Shown here: piece by piece, positions 36,270-49,308 of the stretch
How the letters are laid out: the number at the start of each line of letters is the position of its first letter
How positions within the stretch are numbered: position 1 is the stretch's first letter
Assembly: GCF_035594765.1 (NCBI RefSeq)
Contig: NC_085845.1
Coordinates: 131,022,897 to 131,086,896 of the forward strand
Origin: Anolis carolinensis
Lineage: Eukaryota
DNA length: 64,000 nt
Direction of reading: 5' to 3'
The notes under the pieces: model-generated
Database searches by the model: none
Told to the model about the DNA's origin: nothing
The model's input: only the letters and a program-made list of their open reading frames with translations
Translations under genes and position numbers: made by a program

Positions 36270-36960
36270 AAACAATCTTGCTTTGATACAGATGTTATTT
36301 ACTTTGCTGAAGCAACCTGTTTTGGTTTAGGATCGAACAATGGCAAAAAAGTATAACCCTAGTTATTCAGCAAGGGAAAGAACCACAAGTTAGAGATGAG
36401 ATTCAAAGAAATACGAAGGATTTAGTTTACCTGATTTTTGGAGCATTTTGTTTTTGCTTCGATTAAAAAGTAGCTGATGTTAAGAAGGACATTCATAAGG
36501 TTGGATGGCATAGGTTTTTGTGGTATGATAAATTCAAGATGAATGTAGAGTTTAATATGAATGTAGAATATGAAACAGATATAAACCCAGATTGTGCCTA
36601 AAAATGCCTTTATTTGTCTCAGCACAAGCTTTGTTTAAGAAAAGTAACAGGCAAAGATGTATGGGTAATGCATCAAGATTATTTTGGGAACGGTACCAAG
36701 GGGGATACAAAATTAAATCAAGAAAATTCCTCAAAGCAGGGGGGGGTTCTTTTCAAATGTATTCACAATTACAATTATTTAAAAGATTTACAAAGGACAA
36801 AAAGATGTATGGTTTTATACAAAATAAGTAAGAGTTTGAAATGCAGTTGTGTACAGACGATGAGCATATAAATATTAAGATATACTATCTCTTGATGAGA
36901 TTTGAAATGGAGAAAGAAGTAGTTATAGAAAATGGGCTTAGAAGTTCTAAGGATTTTAAA
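36270..36960 (+). mobile_element. Degraded L1-clade LINE ORF2 fragment (downstream of RT)
   Basis: A-rich; remnants QGKEPQVR, GFSLPDF and GWHRFLWYDKFK resemble the FIW.GK.PR / GGL.LPD region of L1 ORF2. Confidence 0.65.
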
Positions 36961-38645
36961 TGTACATCATGTTATGATCTCAAGAGGAATTTTGAAACGT
37001 GTGTTAATAGTTGCTATATGCTGAGTTCCCTTTATTAATATATTCTGGTCCCTTTTGTTGCTGTCAGAAGAACTGCAGAAGCTCTTTCAGGCTTCTTGTA
37101 CAATCAATAAACTGTCTACTATCATATCTTTGGACAGATATAGATGATTCTAGGAAGGGAGCCCAATTTTCATCTCCTCAGAATTAAGTCACTTGATTAC
37201 GGAAAATGATGTGTGTTTATTTTCAAATACAAGAACAGTACATACTAATATTTTGCAGCTCTTGATCCAACAAATAATGACAGGTTTGTGTACAGTCTTA
37301 TGTTACTGAAGATTTTTTTCTTCCTTTTTTCAAAATGAGTTTGTTATTTGTTTTTTGGTTACCCATGTTCCATCTTCTGCCCACTCAACTCCTCCTCGTG
37401 GCTGCTGCTTTTAATAAGCATTTCAAGTCCTCTGTTAACTTTGGATCTAAAACATTTTGCCCACTTGAGTTCAAGTGTCATATTCCCAGTGCTTAACCAT
37501 TATTTTAAAAATGTGTGGCGTTGTATGAAGTGCTATGCAGAAACACCCTTTAAATCCTACTTCTATTTACTTACAGGGAAGCCTCAGCTTTCTGAAAGGT
37601 CCTAATGAGAAAACAACATTGGTTTCCAGAGAATCCATTGCAAACTAAATCTTTACTAGTGTTCAAATTTTATAGCAGAGGTGGTCAAGGTACACCCTGC
37701 TATAGATCTTTGTGATTTTTGCCCCAAATTCACAAAGGCCATCAAATTCTGTAAAACACACAAATTATCCCACCTACTCCCAAAGGCACCATTGAACCTC
37801 ATAATATCCCCAAAGAACTCTCAAAATGGAAACAAGACATTGTATAAAATCACTTTCTTTAAAATGTTCTTTAAAAAGAAGGAATGTCATTCACCCCTAA
37901 TTTAAATAAACTGTAAAAAAATTTTTTAAAATGCAGACTTATAGAAGTGTTTTATCTCTATATTTTAAATGCATTTTATCAATTTCATGAGTCAAGGACT
38001 GTTAAAATATTCAGTAGATATGAAAGGCAGTGGATAGCTCATGTTTGATTTGTACATTAGTCAGAGATATGGGAAAGATCGGCCTTTACCTCAATTTCCA
38101 AATACCAGGTTCCTCAAGCATCCCTAGTGAATACAAATTATCATTTACCAAGTGGTCACTTCTTTGAGCATGTAGGGAATTAATTAGAAACTAGGTTACT
38201 GGGCATATATTATCAGGATTTATGGAGAATTCTACCTGGTTCAGAACTCTTGAGCACCAGGTTTATTTGCACTGCTCTGTTTATCTTCTTGTTGCAATCC
38301 TGGCTTGGAATAAAGAGAAGGTGAAGAATAATCAGCACCTTGGGAATAGAACCTTTGGATGCCTTTAAACAAACAATGCTCTGAAAATTTTTCCACTAGT
38401 GTAATCCTTAGGCCATCTAGTCCCAGTCTATGGAATGGAATGATCAATAATGATATTTAAAGCCCAACACTAGTTAATTATTACAGATGGGAGCAGGGGG
38501 AGAGTTTGAGATTAGTGCAAGTCCCTGTGTGAAGGACACGTTTTTCTGTTTTTTTTTTCTAATGAATTGAGAACTGAGCTTCTACCTAAAGTAAGTGTAA
38601 AACCAAACTCCAAAAGCATATTTTAAACAGGTTGTTTTTCATATG

Positions 38646-39598
38646 TGATGTGGAGATCAAGGATTTGAGGGTCTCGTTAGAAATGGAGACCAGCACAAGA
38701 CTCCAGAAGGAGGGTTGCGCAACACCTGGTGAGCTTTCGAGAAGCAAATAAAGATTTTCCAATTCCCAATAAAAAGGCTCACCAAGTTTCAAAGAAAAGG
38801 CCAAGTTTTATCTGGTCCAGCTGGAGCAGGATGACGGTCGCAATAAGTTGTAAAAAGAACGGGCATGCCATAATACTAGAAAACCCATATTTTTATACTT
38901 TTTACATTTTGAATTTCCCGCTCCCCCCACCCAACCGGATTCACGCTGATTGGTCAGGGGAATCCCTGATGTCAGAGACTGGGAGGAGTGGTCCGGGGGC
39001 TTGCGCGCCTCAGCCAATGAGAGTGCAAGCCCGGCCTGTGATGCCTCTCCCTGGCTGGCCAATGGGGAAGATGGAGGCGCAGCAGCAGGAGAAACAAAGG
39101 CAATAATATGTTGATGAAGGGATTAATGTGTGACCCTATACTGGGTCTATTGTCAAGTGGTCCAGCGAGAGCCCCAGGGCCCCGTCAGTCAGACCTGTTC
39201 TATTGATACAATCATTGAAATAACAACTTGAATAGGAGTCTGACACCTAGATGTCAGTTTCATTGTCCAAAAGGCTGCAGCATCAACAGTCTTGATGGGA
39301 TTAAATGAGTCAGAGTCCGGGAAGGGGAAATGGCATTGTCTTGACAGCTGTGACACACCTTGTCTCTCTGCAGAGGAGATGTGCCATTCATGTGAAGTGA
39401 TTAGAATGTCCAAAGGTTGCTTCATTCTTAAGTAGTCTGGCTTTGCCCTCCAAGGCTTAAGGAAGAGCCCATTGTTTTATTTATAGGGGATGATCATGGT
39501 AAGTCAATTGAGTTAGGATATGGGCCTGGGGCAGGCTGGTGGCACCTAGGTCAGGATGGAATGCTGGCCAAAGTTCACAATGGGTTCACCGTGCTTCA
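38646..39598 (-). mobile_element. Putative ERV-like solo LTR
   Basis: TGA..TCA ends; reverse-strand order of CCAAT/GC-rich block, TATAAAA (38891-38897) and ATAAAA; canonical short TSD not found. Confidence 0.45.
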
Positions 39599-41376
39599 TT
39601 TTATATGGGGGCAAGATATCATAAAATATAATAATAAAAATATAAAGTTGGTAAGAGACACATGTGGGAATCACATTGGGGGAGAAAAGGAGATCCAGCA
39701 TCCCCATTCTAACTCCCAAAAGCCCTAGCCAGCTTGTTCACTGTTCATGAATTTGAGTGTTGGAGACCCAAACAGATGGAGATCTGGAGTTTAAGGATGC
39801 CTGAAAACTCTGGAATATCCTCTAACTTGAGGAAATGTCAGATTAAGGCCAGAAAACCTATTTTGGAAGCAGCCAACAGTAGGTTTGCTGAGTCCCATTT
39901 TTTTCACCAGTGTAGACAAGCCCTAAGAGTCACATCCATAGCTTTACTCACTGTGGGTTCTCAACTATTTTGTCTTCACAGAAAATAGTTTTCCTCACTC
40001 TAAAAGAGGAAATAAATATTTTGCCATACAACCATATCCCAGAGTGTTGCACAGGATTTAGAGTGTAGACACAAACAAATTATTGTATGAATATTTTCTA
40101 TGCACAACACAGTGTTTTCCTAGAACCTTATTTTCTGTGCAAAAAACAGGGATTTTTTTGTTCCAAACACACATTTTTCTCTCGTTACAGAGTAATTTTT
40201 CAGTATATTAAATACCAGGTGGAAATTGCACGGAATTCTTCCTGTTCTCTTATTTTTCTCAATAGTATTACTGAGCTTTTTGGAGACTGATGTTTCAACT
40301 TGGAAACAAATAATTGAGACCATTCTTGCTAGATCTTTTCTTTAACATTGGTCTGTCTGTTAATCAGCAACAGACTTGTAGCTTCCTCTCCTCTGTTTAA
40401 CTAGAGATGTTAGGGTTTAAATTTGTAGCAAATTTCATATTTCATCTCTGACCAGTGGATCTTTCCTAACAACCTGTTATCTCACCATTTCATTTAACAT
40501 TAAAACACTTCTGGTGAGAATTCATTGACTCTATATCTTATTCTTAAAACTAAATTTATTGCCTTTGTTCTCAAATCTGAGTTCCATGAATGTTCACGTC
40601 TATCTGTTTCTTGCTGATAAATTCAACAGAAAAAAAATAGCATGCCAATTGAAATTCACAATGCCTGCGAGGAAAACATCTCTGTCACAGATATTACAAT
40701 ACTTTACATTTATAGAAATTGGAGGGGAAAATCCCAATAGCTGGTTTTAGGACCAAAATTACATTTATTAATGGTGCAAGGTGAGTATGTCCCCATGGGG
40801 ATGTTTGTATTGTGAGAGCTTGATTGAATAAAACCCATCTATTCTCAATGCAACCTCCAGATTATGATCTAGAGGTAAATCCACAGCAGTCAGTGTTGCC
40901 AAGCATGCTTTCTTGTGTTCCTTTTCAATTTATATTTTATGAAAGAAAAATCAGCAGGGACAGATTATAAAAGAACTATTCTACTGAGTATCAATCCTTT
41001 TGATTCAGTTGCACTGTTGAATGTCTTTTAAAAACCTTAAACATATATTCTACAGACACACAAATAGTGGGAGGTCCACTTGAAACTCTAGCTTGAAATG
41101 AAGGAAATGTGCAGATACCAAGTAAGAATGGTTTGGTTCACCACTGATCATGTTGACTAAAGTATTATGAAGATTGTAACCCCAGAAATGTAATTTGCCC
41201 AGGCTCTGGGTTCTCCTGCTTCGACACAGCCATGAGAAGGGTTCAAAACCACCCACATCTGTTTTAAATAGGATGGCAATTTGTTGTCTCATCTGAAACA
41301 ACAACTCTTGTCAATTTTTATTATGGTTAATCATAATAAATGCAGATTGATCCAAAGGCTAAAGTTAGATTATATA

Positions 41377-41700
41377 AGGTAAGGTAAAGGTTTCCCCTGA
41401 CGTTAAGTCCAGTCGTGTCCGATTCTGGAGGTTGGTGCTCATCTCCATTTCTAAGCCGAAGAGCCGGCATTGTCTGTAGACACCTCCAAGGTCATGTGGC
41501 CAGCATGACTGCATGGAACGCCGTTACCTTCCCACCGGAGCCGTACCTATTGATTTACTCACATTTGCATGTTTTCGAACTGCTAGGTTGGCAGAAGCTG
41601 GAGCTAACAGCAGGTGCTCACTCTGCTCCCTAGATTTGAACCTGGGACCTTTTGGTCTGCAAGTTCAGCAGCTCAGTGCTTTAACACACTGAGCCACTGG
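41377..41700 (-). mobile_element. Sauria SINE
   Basis: Body and tail match; TSD GATTATATA. Confidence 0.95.
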
Positions 41701-42847
41701 AGGATTATATAGGCAAGGAAAAAAATTAAACTTGTTCCATCGTGTTGAAGTTCATGCATAACAGAATCACATGCGGAAAGAAAGAAAAGTTTCCAAATGA
41801 GAGGTATTTCTGGGTTGTGATGAAGACTCCATTCATCCATAATTTTATGAAAGACTGAAACATTCCTGTCAAACCTTTTAGACTTCTGTCAATGAACACT
41901 TTGTTTTCACACATTTCCCATTCTCCCTCTAGCTATACATCCATCTATTCTGTTTTTTATCAAACATGTAACAGCAAGTACATCTCAAGTTTCTTTCACA
42001 ATCTGTTAAGTATGTTTTAACAGCCATTGGATGTGGCCCAAATAAACACAGTCCAAAATTGCTGCAATACTTTCATTAACATTTTGAAGATGTCAGCCAT
42101 TTTCATATAAGGTAACTGACTTGCATTGTGCCATGGGAGTGGGTTGGCATAATGCTCCATCTCTGAACATTGTGCCAGATGTGTCGGTGTCCTTATGAAC
42201 TCCCACTTGGGCTTCTCAGAATTGGCTTTGTAATTAATTGATGCCTTTGGAAAGTCTCTTTGTGATTGCAAGTGGAAAATATGGGCTTTGTCAATGTACA
42301 GTGTAGTAATTGTACCTACTTATATACCTGTGAATATCAACTACTCAAATAGAAAAATATTGTACTTCATATAGGAAGGCTTATCATTGTGTTACTTCAT
42401 TTCCCATCCAATTCTCTTTCCTTTTTCCCCCGGAGACAGAGAGACGAACAAATCTCTCTCTCAAATGCATCCTTTATCAGACCCATTGTAAAATGAGAGT
42501 TTGTCTCAAAATATGTTTTTATCTGAAGAAATTTATTGCAAGCAAATATTTTACTTTTGTATTTAAGGATGTCTAAGAATAAAGCAATGGAACAACAGTT
42601 TTCAAGTATAACATGGATTCCAGAAGGAAAATGAAAAGTTGAAATACATTACATAGAATGATTAAGAACAGAAATATATATATGAAGTACCATATATACT
42701 TGAGCATAAGCCAGGTTTTTTAGTCCTTTTTAGGGCTGAAAAAACCCACCTCGGCTCACACTCGAGTGGGGGTCTTGGCTGGGTTATATTCGAGTCGGCT
42801 TATACTCGGATATAATCAGAGTCGGACAGTCTTATCTTATTAAAGTA

Positions 42848-43165
42848 CAGTAGAGTCTCACTTATCCAATATTCACTTATCCAACATTCTGGATTATCCA
42901 ACACATTTTTGTAGTCAATGTTTTCAATACATCGTGATATTTTGGTGCTAAATTCGTAAATACAGTAATTACTACATTAAATACAGTAATTACTACATTA
43001 AATACAGTAATTACTACGCAATAACCATTTGTTTTAACTTCTGTTTTATCATCTTCTTGTGTTTTAAACTGTGTATATTGTTTAATGTATTTGCTCTGTT
43101 ACTTTTGTAACGTTGTGAGCCGCCCCGAGTCCCCACGGGGAGATGGTGGCGGGGTATAAATAAAG

Positions 43166-43221
<56 letters not shown>

Positions 43222-43397
43222 TAGCATTACTGCATACTGAACTACTTTTTCTGTCAAATTTGTTGTATAACATGATGTTTTGGTGCTTAATTTGTAAAAT
43301 CATAACCTAATTTGATGTTTAATAGGCTTCTCCTTAATCTCTCCTTATTATCCAACATATTCGCTTATCCAACGTTCTGCCGGCCCGTTTAATACTG
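42848..43397. mobile_element. Tc1/mariner MITE nested in the Tc2-like element
   Basis: Left TIR intact, right TIR partly deleted. Confidence 0.88.
43025..43222 (+). mobile_element. L2 3' tail with (ATT)n nested in the MITE
   Basis: GTGAGCCGCCCCGAGTCCCCACGGGGAGATGG..AATAAA and ATT repeats. Confidence 0.88.
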
Positions 43398-44215
43398 TAT
43401 TATTATCTTAAATTACAGTTTTGTGTAAATATTCAAAACATTTAACATACTGATGCCTCAATTAATGTAATTGTATTAGTATCTATTTTTATTTTTGAAA
43501 TTTACCAGAAGATGCTGCATTTCCCACCATCATCTCATACTCAAGTCAATAATTTTTCCCAGTTTTTTTGTGGTAAAATTAGGTGCCTCGTCTTATATTC
43601 AGGTCAGTTTATACTCAAGTATATATAGTAAAAGAAAGTAAGGTGCTTGAGTAGTTTTCTTAAAAGAATAAAAATGTAGCCATTGAAGTGATTGAAAACA
43701 CTGTTGACATGGGGTGATTTTATTACTTGGCTCTCATTAGTAGGTCAGGAATTAAATAGGTCAAATGCAAAATCAGCGCAATGAAAATTATGAAATTGGA
43801 TCTTTTATTACATACAACGTAACACCAAATCATTCTCAAAAGCATTATCTGTTCACTACATGTTTACAAATATTTTACCTTTTTCTTTCAGGATAATTAG
43901 GTCTCTGAAATCCCACTGGAAGTAGTCAATGGGAGTCACAACAATTTCCCCCCATGTAATTCTCTATTTATATGTACTTTAGGAGGCGAGAAGCCCTTTT
44001 AACTGTTTTCAGGTGGTCCATGTTAAAGCAGTACATCAATAATAGTTTTTAAGTGGTAAACCTGTTTGCATACTTTTCATCTATTTAAAATAATTAGAAG
44101 CTTCCCAGACCACATCTTCTAAACTTGAGGAAATATGTTATTTTTATACAGTGAATTCAAATAAGTCATAATAAGATGGGATGGCAAGAAGAAGTTATAT
44201 TAATGATTTCAGTTA

Positions 44216-44538
44216 CAGTAGAGTCTCACTTATCCAAGCCTCGCTTATCCAAGTTTCTGGATTATCCAAGCCATTTTTGTAGTCAATGTTTTCAATATAT
44301 CATGATATTTTGGTGCTAAATTCCTAAATACAGTAATTACAACATAACATTACTGCGTATTGAACTACTTTTTCTGTCAAATTTGTTATATAACATGAAG
44401 TTTTGGTGCTTAATTTGTAAAATCATAACCTAATTTGATGTTTAATAGGCTTTTCCTTAATCCCTCCTTATTATCCAAGATATTCGCTTATCCAAGCTTC
44501 TGCCGGCCCGTTTAGCTTGGATAAGTGAGACTCTACTG
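44216..44538. mobile_element. Tc1/mariner MITE
   Basis: Perfect CAGTAGAGTCTCACTTATCCAAGC TIRs, TA TSD. Confidence 0.95.
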
Positions 44539-44989
44539 TATTGAGTTGTAATTCAAATAGTTGTTTAGCTGTAGCTAAGTGGATACTGTATAGTAGGGTA
44601 GCTTTGGTGTGTGTGTGTGTTGCCCTTTGTGTCTTTTATCTTTGTCTTGAATAAAAATTATTATATAAGAAGCTAGAGAAGTAAATCTTCACTTATTTTA
44701 TCTCAACATGCAAAAATAATAGTTTCAATGTTTTTTCTCCCTGCTGAGTGAATTAATTTTTCACATGTTGGGACCTTCCTTTGCCAAAAAAAAAGAAAGA
44801 AAAGAAAACTATTTTGTGGAAAAGAACTTGGGTTTTGTGAAAAAAAGAAAACAAAAAAATCTGATTTTTTTTAAAAAAAACAAAAACCAAAACCAAAGAT
44901 ATTAAGCCCCATTTTACATTGCCCTCTATCTCTAATTTTGTTGCTGGAGTTATGCACTTTACCCATCAGCCCAGAAATTGATTTTTATT

Positions 44990-45198
44990 TCAGGCTTATT
45001 GGTTGTTGGTTTGATAGTTGCCTTTTTATTCTGTTATAATTGTTGCTGTTTTATTCTGTTTTATGATTTTTTAAAATGTATTTTGGTGTGTTATATTTTA
45101 ACTATGTTGATTGGGCTTGGCCCCATGTAAGCTGCCCCGAGTCCCTCTGGGGAGATGGAGGCGGGGTACAAAAATAAAGTTATTATGATTATCATTAT
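44990..45198 (+). mobile_element. L2 3' tail
   Basis: L2 terminal stem and AATAAA. Confidence 0.85.
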
Positions 45199-46749
45199 AA
45201 AATGCCTTTTCACAAAATAACGATGCACTTAAGAGGAGAACCATTAGAGAACTTTGTTAATGAATGGAAACCAATGATCCAACATTTCAATGTAAAATTA
45301 ATCTAAAAATGTACATAGAGGAAGCTAATAGACTGAAGGCAGTGAGGAAACGGATATAAATTTGGAACTTACAATATTTTTATATGTACTATTCAAATAG
45401 AAGACTGTGACCCCTTATTGAAAATATATTGTCTGAGAATTAATTATGAAAGACTAATAGATGAAAGTATTGCATTGTATGCAACAAACACTTGCAATGT
45501 ATGTATATTTGAATGAATGAAAATAAATAAACATTATATATTTTAAAAAATGCATTTTCAAATCTTTTGGCATTGATGATTTTTATCAAAAAGGAGTCTT
45601 GGACTGTCAAAGCACTCTTTCCCATTGAGAATGAGAACAATTGGAACAATTTTTAACATCTTTATTCAATACGCACAAGCACACATTTTTGTCCCTTATC
45701 CCTTTGCATTTAACTTTCCAAATGATGTCTTCTTTCTTACAGCAAAGTCTGATAATAGCAGCACCCTTAGACAAATACATCAGAAACAGAGGGAGCAGAG
45801 CTTTTTCCATTCTACGTAGACCAGGTGAGAGTCTTGTCACCTGTAGCCGTTCAGGTTTCCTTAGATCTTTGCCACTGTTTGATTTTCCAATTCTTGTCTG
45901 AATGGCTTCACATTCACCTGTTAGTGTTGGACAAGGTGTAGTTCTTGGTACCCAGCGACTTGTCATTTTGACGAACACAGTGTTTGACAATGGAAACAGA
46001 AGGCCATTATCTTGCTTCTCAAATAGGAAAAAAAAACTTTGAACACTTCTCTGACGATGTCAAGGTGTGCTTCAGCCAAAAGCAAACTGCACACACATCT
46101 GTACTGTTGATTTGACATTTCTTTTATTGAAAATGACCTGTTATGGAGGTTGATAAATGTGATCATGTCAAAGTTTTCTTCTAGAAGGCCGGACCCAGGG
46201 TCATTATCTAAGTATCTTCCTCAGCATGAAATTTATGGGATAATATAGTCATATACACTAGGCTTCTCTTCAGTATTGCAGACTCCTGTTTGTATTCCTG
46301 AATTGCTAGGCATCTACAGCTTTGCTTATCTAATCCAGACGCTGTTTTTCCATTGTGATTCATTATAGAAAAGCAAATGTGAGTGAAACATCCACTTATT
46401 ATATCGCAAAAGTGACTGGACTTATCTGGGCTGAAGAGGTCAACATTTTAGATTAATATAATTTGGTTTGGTGTGTGTGCATATGCTTTACATGTGTTAT
46501 GAAACCTAGTGGGTCTTTTGAGAAGCTGGAAGAAGCTTCAATCAATCTATACTTTCCTGGAGCCAGGGAAAATAACAGTAAATTCAATTGGCTGAATTGA
46601 TTTCAGAATTTTCAATTGATCGAATTAGGCTACAGTCCACATGGAGTAAGTCCCTCTCAACTCAAAGAAACCAGACCTCCAGAAGACTCTGTTGTAAAGT
46701 CTTACCATTTATTTTCTACTATGAAACATGCCAATGAAATGTGCCAAAA

Positions 46750-48095
46750 TCTATATTTTTTATATTTATATTTACATAATAGAATTGAAAGTGTGGATGT
46801 ATGTGGCTAGATCTCCCACTTCCACAAACAGCTATGACCTCCCCTCTCCCCCAATGAGGACCCACCTGACATTGGAGGTTATAGAGAGCAACATGAATAT
46901 GTACAAGAGCCGCCAACTCCTGCCAATGTTCTCCACAAACACAATACTGCCCACCACCCACGTGAATGCTTTCATACAGGGACAATTTCATCCTAGATTC
47001 TATGTATTTCCTCCACCATAGGCGTCTCAGTGTTTCTTATTCTCTCAGTTGGTTTGGAATTTGCATGATCCTACCCACTGCCTCTCTCCTAATCCTTTCC
47101 TACTCTTTTCTACCACGCACAGCAGAATTGATCAGCAACTGAACATATCGGAAGGGTTTGAGGGACTGACTCAACATGATGGAAGTTATAGTTCACCCTG
47201 CATCACGACAAAGCATTGTGACCCCACTGACAATGGACCTGGACCAAATTTGGCACTCAAAAACCCCATGACCAATGCAAAATAGTGGAAAGACTTGGGG
47301 TGGATTGACCTTGATTTATAGGAGTTATAGTTCATCTACATCCAGAGAGCACTGTGAACCCAAACAACGATGGATCTGATCTGACCTAATACACCCAAAT
47401 TTGAATACTGGAGGAGTTTGGGAGGGATTGACCTTGACATGTGGGAGTTGTAGGTACTGGGATTTATAGTTCACCTGCAATCAAAGAGCACTCTGAACAC
47501 CAACGATGAACCCGGACCTAACTTGGCACACAGAACCCCCATGACCAACAAAAAATAATGGAGGCTTTTTGGGGGAGTTTGATGTGATTTGGGGGAGTTA
47601 TAGTTTACCTACATTTTGAGAGCACTGTGAACCCCAATGACGATGGATCTGGACCAAACTTGGCGCAAATATCTGATTGTCCAAATTTTGTATATCTGAG
47701 AGACTTGGGAGGATTGATCTTGATTTTTAGGAGTTGTAGTTCACCTATATCTAGAGAAACTGTGACCCCAACTAACGATGGGCCTGGATCAAGCTTAGCA
47801 CATAGAAGCTCCATTATCAACTGAACATACTGGAAGCATTTGAGGGGGCTGACCCACCATGGGGGGAGTTGAAGTTCATCCTGCAGCAAGAGAGCACACT
47901 CAACCTGACCGATGATGCATCTGGAACAAACTTGCCATACATGCCCAACATGACCAACTTGAAGTACTGATGGCATTTGAAGGGGTTAACCTGCCATCAT
48001 GTGAGTTGTAGTTCACCCACATCCTTATGCATTTTCTAATGGGAGCATTTATATATAAAAAAAGCAAAGACTGGCTTTCTCTAATAAGTTAGTAC
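46750..48095 (+). mobile_element. Helitron-like non-autonomous element with ~135-140-bp internal tandem repeat
   Basis: TC start into an AT-rich head; repeated GGGAGTTGTAGTTCACC..GAGCACTGTGAACCC..GATGGATCTGGACCAAACTTGGC units; shares TTATGCATTTTCTAATGGGA with 10973-10992. Confidence 0.6.
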
Positions 48096-48878
48096 TAAAT
48101 AAAAGCAAGAGACTACTATATGCAGAAATATATTTCCGTCAGTTTTGAGCCATTTCAGATACCCTAGATGTCCACACATACACAAAACAGTTTAGCTAAG
48201 TCCGTTTAGGTATCATGGCCTCTTGCCATGACCTTTTTGCACTGAAAAGCAGCATACAAATGCTGAAATAGGTAAACAAAGAATTCTGGGAACTGTTGTT
48301 CTGTGAGTATATTGAGTCTATCTCTCCTTCCCTCAATCTGGATCCTTTCCCCAATATCCTTATCTTCTCCCTCTGACCAGAAAATAATAATGTTGGATAT
48401 CCTTGGAAAAAACAAATGGCATTTTAACCAGTCTGCATTGCATTACTGTAAGTATATACAAATGTATGCATGCATTTCATTTATTAGTAGTCTGTTTAAG
48501 TATCTGAGAAACTTCCAAAGAAGCCGACAATAAGGAAAAAATTAGCACACGATAAACACTGTCTTGAGGCTCATTAGCCTAATGAAATTGGTATGTGTTG
48601 ACTTCCACTCAACAATGGATTCAAAGGGTTTGTTTTACCTGGGACCTTATTTGGGTTTAAACCTAACAGACTAGCACGCTTCCCTCAGGGTTAAACGAAA
48701 TCTGTTTGTCTTAAAGGAGCTACAAGCCACTTTACTGTTGTGGAATAGAGTATAGGTTGAGTATCCCTTAACTGAAATGCTCAGATTCTGGAATACCAGA
48801 AAAGTGAATGACTGGTGGCTATTTTTAGTTGATTTCCTGGTGATCATATTAGCTGATCATAAATACATGTAAGCATTT

Positions 48879-49308
48879 GTTGTTGTTTATTCGTTCAGTT
48901 GCTTCCGACTCTTCGTAACCTTATGGTCCAGCCCACAACAGAGCTCCCTATTGGCCGCCGCCACCCCCAGCTTCTTCAAGGACAAGCAAGTCACTTCAAG
49001 GATACTATCCATCCATCTTGCTCTTGGTCAGCCCCTCTTCCTTTTTCCTTCAATTTTCCCCAGCATCATTATCTTCTCCAAGCTTTCCTGTCTTCTCGTG
49101 ATGTGGCCAAAGTACTTAACTTTGCCTCTAATATCCAGTGAGCAGTCGGACTTTATTTCCTGGAGTATGGACTGGTTGGATCTTCTTGTGGTCCAAGGCA
49201 CTCTCAGAATTTTCCTCCAGCACCAAAGTTCAAAAGCATCTATCTTCCTTCGCTCAGCCTTCCTTATGGTCCAGCTCTCACATCCATAGGTTACTACGGG
49301 GTTACTAA
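48879..49308 (-). mobile_element. BovB LINE 3' fragment
   Basis: YGCESWTIRKAERRKIDAFELWCWRK; perfect 12-bp TSD ATGTAAGCATTT. Confidence 0.95.

Larger units (their letters stand above)
42690..43628. mobile_element. Tc2/pogo-like element (family of 19627-20222) with nested insertions
   Basis: Decayed TIRs CCATATATACTTGAGCATAAGCC and TTATACTCAAGTATATATAG; TA flanks. Confidence 0.85.

Noticed and set aside
45607-45990. 127-aa minus-strand ORF
   Set aside because: No recognisable domain, non-ATG start and no convincing splice context
47170-48020. Repeat-spacer appearance suggesting CRISPR
   Set aside because: Eukaryotic context, whole units are homologous and degenerate, no cas genes
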